Positions 42,850 to 57,000 of a stretch of DNA of 64,000 nt are shown in pieces. This DNA is from the human T2T-CHM13v2.0 reference genome, Homo sapiens. The notes below the pieces were generated by a model. That model was not told the origin of the DNA and searched no databases. It worked only from the letters and a program-made list of their open reading frames with translations. The DNA lies in assembly GCF_009914755.1 (NCBI RefSeq), contig NC_060925.1, one strand, 5' to 3'. The position numbers and the translations under genes are program-made. Position 1 is the stretch's first letter; each line of letters starts with the position of its first letter.

Positions 42850-43409
42850 TGTAACAGAGTGTCTTGTTTTCAAAAAGTTCTTTTTCTCTGTCTTTTTCTT
42901 TTCTGACCATTCCTTGTCTTGCCTTTAATAATGACAGAATAGTCTTTGTTTTCCTTCTTTCCTCCAGGCCCACCCTTGTACACTGTTTCTCCTGTCTAAT
43001 TGTGTGGTTGTTTAGAAGTTCCAGATATTAAATCTTGAAACAATTCAGGCCATTATGGTATCCTGTCTCCCCACCTAGGGATTACTTCAAGGCTACATTT
43101 AATTTACAGCACAGCTGCACCCAGGATGATGCCAGCCGATTCATCAGATGGGGCAACAGCTCAAGATAGTCATTGGAACAAGTCATATAGATTGGCACCC
43201 CTTTATCACTCCTGCATGGTTATCAGATGATGCTCCCTTTCTTAAACCCTTGTCCTTGACCCAAATAGCTGAAATAGTTCCATTAGGGCACAAGCCTCAA
43301 GTATTTCCCCACTGCTCGCTGTGGAAATAAAGTCACTGTCCCTTCACTGCACTTTGTACTTTTTATTGGCTTTGCAAGCAGTGAGCAGCCAAGACTGCAC
43401 TCAGTTACA
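42850..43409 (+). mobile_element. ERVL-class solo LTR (MER54/MER73/MER74-like)
   Basis: Termini TGTAACAGAGTG ... CACTCAGTTACA form an inverted repeat; AATAAA near 43326. Confidence 0.7.
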
Positions 43410-43629
43410 ATGCTACGAATATTAGTTTGTTTCATTTTATTTTTATTTCAGTTGGGGTTTACATGAATGAACTTGGTAGGTTCTATGCATTTCCATATGT
43501 AATTACTAAGAGTAGAAAGGAATAAGTGTGACTTCAAAAATATCGTTCAATCAAAATCAAAAGCTGGGAGAAAATAATATAAGAATTTCTTTTTTCATGT
43601 ACAGTGTGGAAATCTGGCTAATCAAATAG

Positions 43630-44040
43630 CAACACAACCTGTTAATAGGATAAAGCTGAGATTTTTGCTTAAGGGAAAATACAACCTCACAAAGCTTTGG
43701 TGGTGTCTATAGGAAAAATATCAGAATTAATTAAGAATTTTAAGTTTGGTTTAAGGCAGGTTTTTCAATGTGGTGATCAGGATTAGGTAAGAATTGAATA
43801 CAATACTTCAGAAGTGATAGAAACAGCAAGAGGAGGACTTTGAGAGAAGTATTAAAATAATCTTAGGGTGTAATCCATTTATTGACACTTTACATTAAAA
43901 AGTTGATGGTTTCTCAAGAAGTTCCTGTAAGGAGCCGTAGAATCACTGCTAGGGCAGGACATTCTTAGAAGAGAAAAGAAATATTAATAAAAACAGTGGA
44001 ATAGCAAAACAGTGTCAAAGTGAAGAGTAAGGTGTAGTTC
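43630..44040 (-). mobile_element. Possible old ERV1 LTR fragment (MER89/90-like)
   Basis: Resemblance to recalled consensus only; termini not resolved. Confidence 0.3.
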
Positions 44041-47000
44041 AGATTATCAGAGTCCAGCTTGAATATGGGATTACCCAGTTTTGAGGCATTGGTTCTTGTT
44101 GATTTAAGTCTAGTGTATTTTTATCTAATTGATGAGAAGTTACCCAGTTTACTGGATTCCTAGAATCACTACTCTTTAAGTCAATATAACTCTCTCTTCT
44201 ATGTACTTTTAATTCCCTTGGAGGTTTTCTCCGCATTCTCAAAACAATTTTTTTTTTACTTTATATTCTGTGTGTGTTTCCCAAATTAGTATTTGTAATA
44301 TTTTCTTTAAAAGAAGTCTAATTTTTTACAATATATTTAAATATTCTTAAGTTTATAGATCACAAAGTGTACAATTATTTGATTATTCTTAATAACATAT
44401 CAAAATATATTTTATCTTTTATTTTATAAACAGTTTATCAATACATGCTTATTCATTAGCAAATAAATGTTATATTTATATAGAGTACATTAGAGTTGAA
44501 ATAATTACCTATGAAATTGAGACATGCATATTTTAATACAGAAGGCTTTTAGAATATGTTTTTTCTTTTCTATTTTTTGTTTGTCTGTTTCAAGAAAAGA
44601 AGATGCTCCATTATACCAACGTTACTTTTCCACTTCTTCCCTTATCCCCTTTCCTTGGTTATAGAAAGTTTCAATTATTTTATATTTTAAAAGAGGGACA
44701 ATTGAACTTACCAAGAAATATTTGCTGTATTCTTGAATCCTTAAAGGAAGGGATACTATTGAGCTAGTGGTATATCTGATGCAGGTGTTAAAAGAGTTAC
44801 TTAATAATCAGACTCTAAATATAACTACAATCGGCCAAACTTTGCAGTCATGTATGAGAACAGAAACAGCTCTTTATAGCCACTCATGCACACACACAAT
44901 CCTTATATATTTATTTGCCATTTTCTCATTAGAACTGTTTACATGAAGTACTAATTTGTCATCCATGTCAAAACCATTACACTTACTGAAAGAATCCTAC
45001 AAAGCATACCACAGAACTGTTAAGGTAATATTATATAATTAAAATTATTTTTGAAATCCCTCCAGAAAATAACCCCTACAGAATTTTGAATTCAATTTTA
45101 GTAATTATTGTAATTATGGAAAAACTGTCACTTGCATTTTAGGGCAATATGCAAATATTATTCAGCAATAAGTCTAGAGAAGAAGAAAAATAATTAAGAT
45201 ATATTATACTACATCATTTGAAAATAGTGTAAGCAATAGATAAATTCTAAAATTGTTTTGAGCAAATAAATATTATTGAATTAATATATAGACTTTCAAG
45301 GTGAATATTTTAAGGAATACTATACTTTGAGCTACATAATTTCTAATGGATAGCCAATCTAGTGACACTGCTTTTATATTTCACTACTTTATTTCTTCAG
45401 AAAAGTCTGTTTGTGAAGAAAATTAAAAAATAGTAATAATAGTTTTAATACTGTTCCTCTGCAACTAATAATAATAAACTGGCAGAGAAAAATTATCTTT
45501 GAATTATTTTTTCAAATTTTATGAAAGTGAGATTCACACACACACACACGATTTCGCTAGATACAGGATTAGGTCATAAAACACTTTATAAATAGGAATT
45601 TTGACTTCATTAAATATTAAGACCATTCAAATATGATGATACAAAACTAAGGATATACGTTGAAGTTATATAAGCAAGGTAGACTTGGTGCTGCAATTAA
45701 CTATGTGTATTAGAGCTGAAAAACCACTTAACCTCTCTGGACTTTATAGCAAATTAATACAATTCTCCCTGATTGTAGAGTAATAAAATACAAGTTCTTC
45801 CTACTTCACTGGCTTTGTAATGGTCAAATTAGATAATAGATTTGTAAAAGCTTTGTACATCATAAAAGTTTTCCCAAACAGGTATTCTTCATCTACTTCA
45901 TTCAGTTTTCACCTTATAAAATTTTCTCCATCTCAACTCTTTAGGGTTTGGCCTGTCTTAACTTGAGTCTTATTTTGCCTCCAATTTTCTCTCCAATATT
46001 AAACTGCTTTGTTAGAGTAATATATTTAATTCTCTAAGACACTGCAGAAAACTACTCAGTTCGTGAGAATCAACTCTATATGATACTCCTGGAAGAAGAA
46101 CAATGGAAGGCACTTCTTTCATAATAACCACGATTCACGCATTAGGCTGCTGCATTTTTCGTCTGTAATTTTTTACTCTTTCCCACAATATCAAGACCTA
46201 TTTTTCTCCTCAAAATGTCAGTTCCATATTTCTTCCTTTGTTGAAAGATTACCAGTGTCCCAGTTTCACAAAGTTAGGCAATTATAATACAGAATCCATT
46301 TACTTCCCAGTAATTGGAGTTCAGACATTGCTGTGGGAATAAAAGCAAGACTTACAGTTCATAGTAAAGAACAAAAACATATCATACAGCTTGTGCAAAA
46401 AGGGTAGAATGCTACTTGGCCTCAGTGACACTCTGAATATCAGTGTAGAATTTTAATTGCAGCTTGCCTTCTTTGTAATAAAAAAAAAACATGTTCTAAA
46501 CATTTTTCAATAGATTTAATTCGAAACTAAATTAAGACTCCACAGTATGATTTAAGTTGGCACAGCTAATGTCTCATGCCAGAAAAAAAAGCAATCTATA
46601 GGTAACGTTGTGCAGTTATGTAATATGTGTAATCACTGATATCATGAGTGTCATTAAAATCAATTAAGTTACATTATGAAACTAGTAATTTATGACAGAA
46701 ACATCACCAAATAATGAGTGTTATATGATCTATTTTAACTTCTTAATGGCACATACTTCTTTTTAATGATCAAGAAAGTACCTGCGTTGGTTCACACTAT
46801 TACCTGTGTCCCAAAGTCACTTATAATTCATTCCCTCACCAGAAGAAGAGATTTGTTGTTTATGGTGAAAGTCATATCCAAGCAAAGACTAGAATTGTTC
46901 TGCTAGCCATTCCTTTCAAAATCTGTCACTCTAAAATTCATGCACAAATACAAACCAAATGCTTTATAAGTTTCTCCTTAAAACATTTTTGAAAGCTACT

Positions 47001-47764
47001 TACTAAAATTTAGATAATTATCAGTAATTCCTACACAAATAATTTACCTACCAGCTCTCACATCTTTGTTCTGCCCATCAAATTATTAGATCTTTATTTT
47101 ATTTTCTATTTCTTCAGCCTCGGAAGCAATTCAGAGTCACATATTTAACAATGTGAACTTTTGCAGGGAACAGTAGTTCTTAGCTCCAGCAACAGTACTT
47201 TCTATGGGATCTGCCTAATTTATTCAAATAATTTTTTAGAATTAGGTTTCGGTCAATTTTTCCTATTTATGAATACATTTGTTCGTTCTAGCACTTACAG
47301 TGTTGCAACCATGTTAATAATTTTATCAGCATGGTGCCAGTCATTTCAAAGACAAACTCCATTCTGTAGGTAAATCCCTTTCTCTTCTCAATCTAAATAG
47401 CTGATCTGTCACTACACGCAGATGTCTTGCCCCTCTTCCTATGCCTGGTTTATTCTTATTCCTGCTATCTTCATGTCACATTAATACTCTTGGAAATAAA
47501 CCTGACTACACAGTATAAAGAAGTGTATTTAGGTCTGTCATTTCCTTTTTCACACCATAAAAACATTTGTATCCTCTTGTTTTTCCAGAAAGCATTCTTA
47601 ACAATAACCTGCTTCACAAAATATTATTCTTTCCCCTCCTGATCATCTGGTTATCTCAACTGAAAATTTTTCACTGCATACATGCTACTGACAAGAGCTG
47701 CATAACATATTCCAGGGGAATATATATATAATATAAATACATATATAAATTGACAATTTTGACA

Positions 47765-48467
47765 ATTATATATGTATAAATTGACAAATCATAATTGTAT
47801 ATATTTATGGGGCACAATGCTAGTTTTGATATATGTATAAAATGTGAAATGATTAAATTAAGCTAATGAACATATTCATTAACTTATAACTTTTTGTAAT
47901 AAGACATTTGAAATTTACTATCTTAGTTATTTTGAAGTATCCAGTAGATTATTGTTGACTACAATCAACGTGCTCTACAGTGGATCTCAAAACTTATTTG
48001 TCTTTGCTCACTAAAACCTCGTACCCTTCGACCAACAACTTCCCATTCTTTTCTTCCCCCCCATCCTCAGCCTCTGGTAACCATCATTCTACTCTTTACT
48101 TCTATGAGTTTAACATTTTTAGATTCCACATACACGTGAGATCATGTGATATTTGGCTTTATGTGCCTGGCTTATTTCTTAGCATAATGTCTTCCAGGTT
48201 CATCCATGTTATTGCAAGTGGCAGTAACTCCTATTTCCTATTTTTTGAAAGGCTGAATAATAGTCTTTTATTTATGTATACCGCACTGTCTTTATTTATT
48301 CATCTGTTAATGAACATAGGTTTATTTTATATCTTGGATATTGTAAATGACGCTGCAATGAGCAAGGAGCACAGATATCCCTCTGACACCTCAATTTCAA
48401 TTCTTCTGGATCTATACCCAAAAGTGGGATTGCTGGCTTGTATAGGAATTATATTCTTAGTTATGTA

Positions 48468-48537
<70 letters not shown>

Positions 48538-48645
48538 GAACCTCCACATCATTTTTCATAGTGGATATACTAATTTACATTCCCACCAACAGTGTACAAG
48601 AGTTCCCATTTCTTCACATTCTCACCAAAGCTTGTTATCTTTCAT
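47765..48645 (-). mobile_element. L1MA 3' segment
   Basis: AATTGTATATATTTATGGGG, CTCTGGTAACCA, TTTTTAGATTCCACATA, TTTACATTCCCACCAACAGTGTA. Confidence 0.88.
48476..48533. repeat. (TA)29 microsatellite inside L1MA
   Basis: Uninterrupted TA run read directly. Confidence 0.96.
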
Positions 48646-48649
48646 CTCA

Positions 48650-48870
48650 GTTTTATTTACTGTTATACTGGTGGTCCCAGAAACCAAGATAAGACAAGAG
48701 AAAAAGAAATATATTACAAGAGAAGACATAAAATAATCGTTGTTTGCAGATAACATGCTCATCAATGTAGAAAATATTAAAGACAATAAAAAATTCCTAT
48801 GAGAATTAATAAGGAAGTTTAGCAAAATCACATGAATGCAGCCACATGTCAAAGATCATTAAATTATACA
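48650..48870 (+). mobile_element. L1 ORF2 RT fragment, opposite strand to the adjacent L1MA
   Basis: TTGTTTGCAGATAACATG (LFADNM). Confidence 0.65.
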
Positions 48871-49569
48871 TTCTAAAGGAGTCCTTTTTATTCTATGTAG
48901 AATTTTAACTCAATAAAACTTATTTTTAGAGTAACTGTAATACCACAGAAGTCAATATTTATGAAAACATATAGATTTCGAATGTATTCTGATATAACAG
49001 TCGATCCGGAAGAAAAGATATTACACAGATTACACAGAGTGGCCGTATTTTAGGCCCTTTGCTATCTTGCTCTCAAACTTGAAATGTTATCCCACCACTT
49101 TCTTGTCCTAAGTCTCTACCTCATTCCTCAGCAACTTCCTATTACTTACTCCTGGGTAATACAGTCCATATTCCATTTAAATATGTGTATTAGAAAATAA
49201 TTTGGTCCACATCAGTTATAATAATTTTACAAGGAAATGAAACAAAGGAACCATTTTAATTCAAAATTTTGAGAACATAAATTTTTAACATAATATTTTG
49301 TTATTTGCATAACATAAAAGCACCTTATTTTCCAATAGAAGTAGAAGTAATTGCAGTAGAGTTAATTTTACAGTAGAAGCAATTACAATAGATTTCCCAT
49401 TAGAAGAAACTACTACAGGAAGCAACTACTGCAATTTTCCAGAATTAATTACAATGGTAAAATTAAGTTGGCCAAAGTAGATAAAATTATAACTTAATTC
49501 CACAAAATAAGCTAACTAAATCAAGCACTGACAACTTTGAAGGAATAATCTAAATAGAAATGCACGGCA

Positions 49570-49999
49570 TAATTTGCCCCTGACTTATGATGATTCAACT
49601 TAAGATTCTTTCTTTAATCTTAGAATTTTTTTTTTACTTTATGATGGTGCAAAAGTAGAAATTATAATTTAAATTTTGAATTTTGATTTTTCTAGGCTAG
49701 TGATATGTGATATAATACTCTTTTGTGACGTTGGACCATGGCAGTGAGCCGCAGCTCCCAGTCAGCAATGCGATCCCAAGAATAAACAACCGATTCTCGA
49801 CAGTGTCCTATGTTGCCAGTCGATTTTGTTCAACAGTAGGTACATGTAAGTATTCTGAGCATTTTTAAGGTTGGCTAGGATAAGCTGTGATACTTGGAAT
49901 GTTAGGTGTGTTAAATGTGTTTTGGATTTCGAGTATTTTCAATTTATGATGGGTTTATTCAGTTTATTTACAACCCCACTGTAAGTCATGGAGCATATG
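49570..49999 (-). mobile_element. MER47B-like (Tigger5-derived) DNA transposon
   Basis: Degenerate TIRs CCCCTGACTTATGATG ... CACTGTAAGTCATGGAGCATATG; internal GGCAGTGAGCCGCAGCTCCCAGTCAGC. Confidence 0.85.
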
Positions 50000-50799
50000 C
50001 ACAGGTTTTAAAACAAATTTTGAGAATATGAGGTTGAACAAAAGAAAGCAGACTCAAGAAAATATGTTTTTTTTAATAATTCCATTAATATAACACTCTA
50101 GAACCAGCATATCGGTGTATTCGTAGAAGTGGGTTACATTCCAAGTGACTGGAGTATACTTTTAGAGGTGAGGAAAATACTGTATATTTTTGTTGTGGTG
50201 TTGGTTATACAAGTGTCTATGTTTGTCAGAACTCACCTAATTTTAAATTTTAAATTTTAAATAGATGTATTTATGTTATGGAAGTAGTCCTCAAAATTTT
50301 GAATTAACCGTGATTAACATGTTTTGGGTAATATTTTGAGGTGTTATTGATGCATTTTAAAAAGATTTAAGTAAATGGTGAGATGTATCATATTTATATA
50401 TTTGAATTTGGAAATTATTTCTGAAGTTGGAATGCACATTCAACAAAATCCTTTTTCTTTTCAAGGAAATGCAACTTGCATTGTGCTGAAATATCAAAAC
50501 ACATACGCAGGTTTGTGTATTTTGTTGCAGGTGTGTGGCAACATAAACTCATTTTTTATTAGTGTCAATATAAATTGGCACAACTATTTTGTAAAAGGAT
50601 TACATAAGAATACTTTTCTGGGATTTACTGACATTAAAATACATGTGGAAAAGAAAAAAAGTGATAATAGACAAGGGTCACAAGACAAAAATAAAAGTCA
50701 TATTTTTGGACTATTTCTTTTAGTGTAGAAGTATGATTTCTGACAAAAGTTCCAAGATAAATCAAAGATAAAAGAAGAATAAGAAGAGTATGTATAAAA

Positions 50800-52400
50800 T
50801 GAGATTAATGTAACAGAACATAGATCCCAGAAACAAGCCACTCAAATAAGAAGTTATGACATAAGGAAGAAATAGGACTGCATAGAAGTAGGGAAAAAGA
50901 GATCTTCAATAAATGGTAATGAAGCATCAATGTAACCACATGAAAAAATGTTTTACTTCATTTCAAAAAAATTAAATTACAGATTGATTAAAGATGTAAA
51001 TATGAAATAACAAATGTAAATATTTGGTAAGACAATATTGGAAATTTTTTTCATTATGTCAGGAAGGGAATAAACAAAACTGAAAAAGAATGATAGAAAA
51101 TTTATCTTATATATTTATTTTGTGAATTGCTATTTATAAAAAGTATCTGACAAGAAAGTAAAAACAACTTGCGACAGATGGGAAATATATTTGCACTGCA
51201 TACAACTGACAAAAATTAAACTAAAACAGACATCTACCACATAACAACGACTATTATAAGTCAATAGGAAGACATATAATCCAGTAGGAAAAATATGTAA
51301 AAGATTTTAACAAGTTCTGCATGAAAGAAGAAACCTAAATGATCAATAAACATTTCCAAAATGATAAACGTTTTACCTACACAGAGCTGTTAAATCAGAA
51401 ACACCTGAAATAACATTACATGTGCATAGATTTGTCTGTTTTGTTGAGGCTAGGAGGCAGCAGGGGTGGAGTTTGTGAACTGGCACAACTGAGTGGAAAT
51501 ATTTTGAAATTTTCTGTTGAATGTGTACCGTGTATGACCAAATAATTCCATGCCCCTTTATACCTTTAGGGGTAATTGTGCATCTATGTCCCAGGATACA
51601 TGGACAAGAATGTTATAGCTTTATTGTTTATAACAAAGGTTGCCAACATTTTTGGCACCAGGGACAGGCTCTGTGGAAGACAATTTTTCCATGGGTGGCA
51701 GTGCAGTAGGGTAGATGGTTTTGGTATGAAATTGTTCCAACTCAGATCATCAAGCATTAGATTATCATAAAGAGTGTGCAACCTAGATCCCTTATATATG
51801 CAGTTCACCGTGGTGGTTACACTCCTATGAAAATCTAATGCCACTGCTGATCTGACAGGAGGTGGAGCTCAGGCGGTAATGCTAGCTAGCCCACATCTCG
51901 TCTTACCTCCTGCTGTGGGGCCCAGTTCCTAACAGGGGGCCCCCGGGTTGAGGACCCCTGGATTATGATATCTTTAAACCAGAAACTACGCATATGCTCA
52001 TAAAAATTAAAACAAAAAAAGTGTGTGTTATATTGACATACTAAGATACTTTTCAATACTGAAAATAAACACATTACACCTACATGAATGGACATATATA
52101 AACCGCCCAATCATGGTATTTAACAAATAATAATTACACTTGGTTCAATTTACATGAAGTTCAAAAACAGGTAAAACTAAACTATATGTTTTATGTAAGC
52201 TATTATAACATATTTGGTAAAGCTGCAGGGAAAAGTAAAAGTCATAATGGTGATTATTGATAGTAAAGGCAGAAGATATGATCAACTAGGGACATTCCAC
52301 AGAAAGAGAGAGAGTTCTAAAATATTCTAGTTTATATCATTGGATAAAATTGCATAATTGGTTTTATTAATGTTTCCTTTAATCTGAAAATATATGTACA
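50800..52400 (+). mobile_element. L1ME-like fragments interrupted by MER1B
   Basis: CCCAGAAACAA, ATATTTGCACTGCATACAACTGACAAA, GAAGTTCAAAAACAGGTAAAACTAAACTAT. Confidence 0.55.
51634..51960 (+). mobile_element. MER1B (hAT-Charlie3 MITE)
   Basis: TTTTTGGCACCAGGGAC..GGAAGACAATTTTTCCA..ATCTAATGCCACTGCTGATCTGACAGGAGG..GGTTGAGGACCCCTG; 8-bp TSD GTTTATAA/GATTATGA (6/8). Confidence 0.92.
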
Positions 52401-53520
52401 GACTGCACAAAATATATTCTCTATATAATGTTTCATATTTTAAAATGCAGCAATGATTAAACAGAAATATAAATCAGTTAATATCAATAAATTTTTCTGA
52501 ATCAAAATATGATTTGAAAACAAAATATTGTATGATATCTCCATACAAGAGCAAGAAGTGGCAGAAACAAGTGTTTTTTTTTTTTTTTTTTTTTAACTAG
52601 AAGAACCCATTTACCAAGGGATACCTCAGCACTTAAACTAAAGAAACGGTTAAATGTCACAGTAGGAAGACATTTTATGAAATGATACAGTATACCATAT
52701 TTCAGGCAGGGTAAACTCAGGACATTGCACCAAGCACAAGCACAAGAGATTCAGAAGTAATTGTATGAGTTATTAGTAAAAAATGACTTACTTTAGCATA
52801 TATTTTCCCCATATTATGCCAGGAATTATAAGATGCTATTATTCGTAAAGATGATGGTACAGCTCAACACTCCGTATGTATGTTCTGTCTGTTCAAGGGT
52901 AGAAAGTAAGGATATTAGCTGTTTTGTAGTCACTTTAGATAATACAGCCAAATGGTTAAATAAAAAGCAGGAGAATGAGACAAGTGTTTAGAGAGGAAAA
53001 AGCAGAACCTTTAAGAGAAAGTTTGTAAAAATTACCACAGAAGATTTATTAGGAAGCTTGAACCATTTTCAGAAGCCAGGCCCACGTTTGCAAACACAGC
53101 CACTGATGGAAAAATAACTATGGAATAACAAACAGAATTTCATCATGAAAAACTGATTGGATGGGCATCTGAACTCCCTTTTAACACAAATGACTAAGCC
53201 AGATAAGATGATGGAAACAAGTACTTAATAGCAATTTTATCTAAAGAATCAATAGCAAAAATAGTGAGTACAATGACCATATCTTGTCATCTTGTATTTT
53301 CCTTTTCCATAAGTAAGAAATGGTTATACGATTGCATAAGATATTTAAAGGTAGTCCCCAAAATAAGCGGAGAAAAAAAAAAATCCCATTCAGCTTGGGA
53401 TTGAGAATAGAAACAACATAAAATTTAGTTTAGAGAAATGACTAAATGTAAAATTACTTAAATGTAAAATGTAAAATTATCTAATGTACGGACAGTTTTC
53501 TGTAAACATATAGTCCCTAA

Positions 53521-54005
53521 TGAAGGAGCTAAAATTATACCACCTTTGGCATATCAACTATCATGAATTAAAGGCACTTGAAGAACAGCAGGTGCAAAAA
53601 GAACATTCTGGCCTATTTTCTGTTTCCTAAAGCAGGAGATGAAAGTCCCATGTGAAAAACACGCTCCCCAGACTGGAATAAAAGGCAACATTCTTATCTT
53701 CAATGATGAGAAGTTGCAACTTAGAAAATACTATTAGAATTCTAGACTTTATTAGAATAACTCTTATTTTTTAGCCTCCCCACGTAAGTTAGTTGCTTCT
53801 TCACAGCTTACTACTCTTTGTCTAATTCAGTATCTAACCGACTCTAATTGTTTCCTTGGGTTTTCATTCCTTTCTGAAGGACCCAATGCCACAGAAAATG
53901 TGTGTTAAATAAATTTGTGTGCTTTTCTCCTGTTGATCTGTCTTATGTCAATTTAATTCTCAGGCCCAGACAAAAGAAACTCTAAAAAGGAACTCTAGCT
54001 CCTCT
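53521..54005 (+). mobile_element. 5' LTR, MER34/MER39-like ERV1
   Basis: TGAAGGAG..TTTGGCATAT..AAGGCACTTGAA..CAGCAGGTGCAA start; TTAAATAAATTTGT poly(A) signal near 53906. Confidence 0.75.
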
Positions 54006-57000
54006 AATTTCTGGCTAGAAGGGATTTTCAGAGTGACTGGAACAATACTTAACTCTGCGATTGTATTGCCACTGGGAGATACTGAGCCTCTGACAAAAAG
54101 CCAGCAGTAGGAATTCTTACCATGTCAGCCTCCAAGATCTCTGCCTGCAGGGGCCCATCAAAGAGAGAGTGATAGAGTCTCTCATTGTTTTTTTTTCTCT
54201 TTCTTAATTTAGATTATCAGGAGAAAATATACGTATGAGCTAGTTTTCTGGGTACAGTGACTCTGGTGTTTTGTGTTATAAGTAGAGTAACCTTGTTTTC
54301 TGATTGGTCCTTTCCCTGCTGGAGAGGTTCCTTGTCTTCCTTCATCTCTTGTGTTTTGTGTAATTTTCATAAACAGGAGAATCACAGGGCATGACACAAG
54401 TATAAGTCCTTATAAACTGTCCTTCAAGCCAGAATTACAGACTGATGAATTCACAGTTCTCACCAGACTAACAGCAGTTTAGACAAAATTTGGTGTGGTT
54501 TTCCAAAGGAAAACACACAGAGAGATATACACACACCACTAATTAGGCTCATTTTTTTGTCTTATTTTATGTCCAGAGTTCTTGGCTTTGTGACCATTGA
54601 GAACACCCTCTCTTATCTCTGCCAGCCAGGGAGTGCAAATATCATCTTGTATCTGACAGCCATTCAAACAGGCTGAGAACCTGAGGTACAAAGTGACAAG
54701 CAGCATTTTCTTTGTCTGATCATGCCAGATCTTAGGGGAGTTTGTCTTAATAAGAAGTCCCAGTCCATAAGGGCCATTTATTGTCCTAACCATGGCTACC
54801 TGCAAACTCCTTATGTGAGTTGTACCTGCCTAGTGTCACAGATTAGAGAATCTGTTAACTGGAGGCACCCATGTGCCATAGGAGATAAGCGATACCTTCT
54901 TCACAAATGCTATTCTTATTGCCTGTGGCAACAAAGTTCTTTGCTTTCTTAGGCTCTCTCTGGGAGTGAACTTTTGGATCCTGGAGGTGCATCTTCTGCA
55001 CCCACTTGGCAAATGCCACTTGTGTTCATGGTAGAGATTTATTCTAAGCCTTAAAAATTACCTCTGAATCTTTCCATAAAAAGCCCGACTGAATTGGGTG
55101 ACTATTGGAGTAATTATGGCATTGAAAATTCTATGCTTCAAGGGCCAGACAATGAATTCTTTGAAGTGGGAAAACTTCTATATTTGGAAAAAAAAATTAG
55201 CTCTCATTCTACACAACTGTCCTGCTGGTACTTACAGAAAGATCAAATTGAAAAGAGGGCACATAGAGTATAATTGCTAACCTTAGGGACTCCCTTAACA
55301 AGGCTAAAGAACAAAAATCAAACTTAGAACAAAAGTTAAAATTCACAGCCACTATAAATCTTCATTCTTCACCCACCCATGTTCCCCTTTATCCCAGCTT
55401 CCTGTCCCTGACTCCGTAGTAGCTGTTTTGGATTGCTGGGCCTCTGGCTTAAACCTGCTTTTCTCAAAATCTGGTCCCACCTCCTCAGCAAATTCCTATA
55501 ACTTCAAAATTCCTCCAAGTTCCCTAGAAAATATTTTAAATGTCTAACTGCCTACTTTAACTTCCCTTCCCCTTCGAAATTTACAGAAGGCACAATGACC
55601 GGATCTCTAGGATCAAGCCATGCAGGTCACTTGTGTAAATATTAACAGCTAAGAAATAAATCTGGCACAGGCTCCAGGTACATGAAGCCAGCTTTACAAT
55701 ACCTTACAACTCCTCCTGCTTCCTGGGGCTCTGCAAAGAAACTTTGTCTCCTTCAGACCTTATGCAATACCCACTCCAAATGAGTCTTGGACCCCTGCCA
55801 CAAAGAATTGATATCCCCTGGACAGCAGCACGTCTTTTAAATTACAATCACCTTTTGCCCCACTTTCAGAAGATTTCACCTAATTTAGAGAAGAATAAGG
55901 AAGGTCAGTGGCTATTCACAATCGTATTTACAGTGATCTTGGTCGGCTCCTATGAAAAATTCTTCCCACTTATTATTATACTATGGTTATCAGACAAGCC
56001 AGATGGTCTTCAGAGGAAGATCCTCCCAACAGAAGAAAGAAATGGCCAGAATTTTTCCCAGGCCCTCCTTCAAATGATCAGGAAATGGCTCAGCTAGAAG
56101 CTGATATTCAGGGCTGATTGGAGCAATACTAAAGGCCTTTTCCATTAAGGTTAGTTGGTCTAACGTTGAATTTTGCACTCAAAAGAAAAGAGACCAGCCC
56201 AAGGCTTTTGTAGAATGCTTTATACGAACTTTTCAAAGGTATAATACATTAAACCCTGAAACTGCAGAACACAGAAGTCTTTTAATTTCTGCCCAGGTTA
56301 GAAATTTTCTCCTTGATATAAAAAAGCAAATACAAGATGACATTGGCTGGACAGGTCAATCTCTCAATGTTATTATGGAATCAGTTACACTATTCTTTGA
56401 GAGTAGCTTGCAAGAAAAATAAGAAGAAAAGATAATTAAAATCAACAGTAGTTGCTTGGCAAATTGAGTTAAAAAAAAAAGTGAAACTCCAGGTAAAACT
56501 TAAACCCTACTCACCCTTCTCTTTGCCTCCTGATATTTGTAGATACCGTAAAATACCAGGACATTAAAAGGACAACTGTCTGGCATATAAGAGAAAGGAA
56601 AGCATAAATAATAATGTCCCCAGACTTCAAGACACTCAGAAGGCTTATTTTGCTCCTTCTGAGTGACAGTACCCCATAGATTGATAGAGTTAACCCATCC
56701 TCTGCTGTCCCTCAGAACCTACTAGTAAGCTTATAGAAGATGATTAGGAACTGGATTTTTGAATGGACACTTGTGTGACTTTCTCTACCATTTTCTTAGA
56801 GGATGTATCTCTGCCTGTCGCCTCTAATTCTATTTATGCTGTAGGAGTTTCTTGGAAACCTACTTCATTGTCAACATCTCAGGGCCACCCCAGTATCCTT
56901 AGGCTCTCTTAACTCTCATCATGCATTTCTAATTTCTTACCCTTCACCAGCATTTTTTTTAGGTTGAGATTTGCTAATTAAATTGAATGCCACCATAAAA

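Noticed and set aside
47980-48561. 193-aa ORF as a membrane protein
   Set aside because: Antisense reading of an L1MA 3'UTR plus a (TA)n run; hydrophobicity is compositional.
55744-56097. 117-aa ORF as an intact gag product
   Set aside because: Lies in a decayed gag region with surrounding stops and frameshifts and a broken zinc knuckle.
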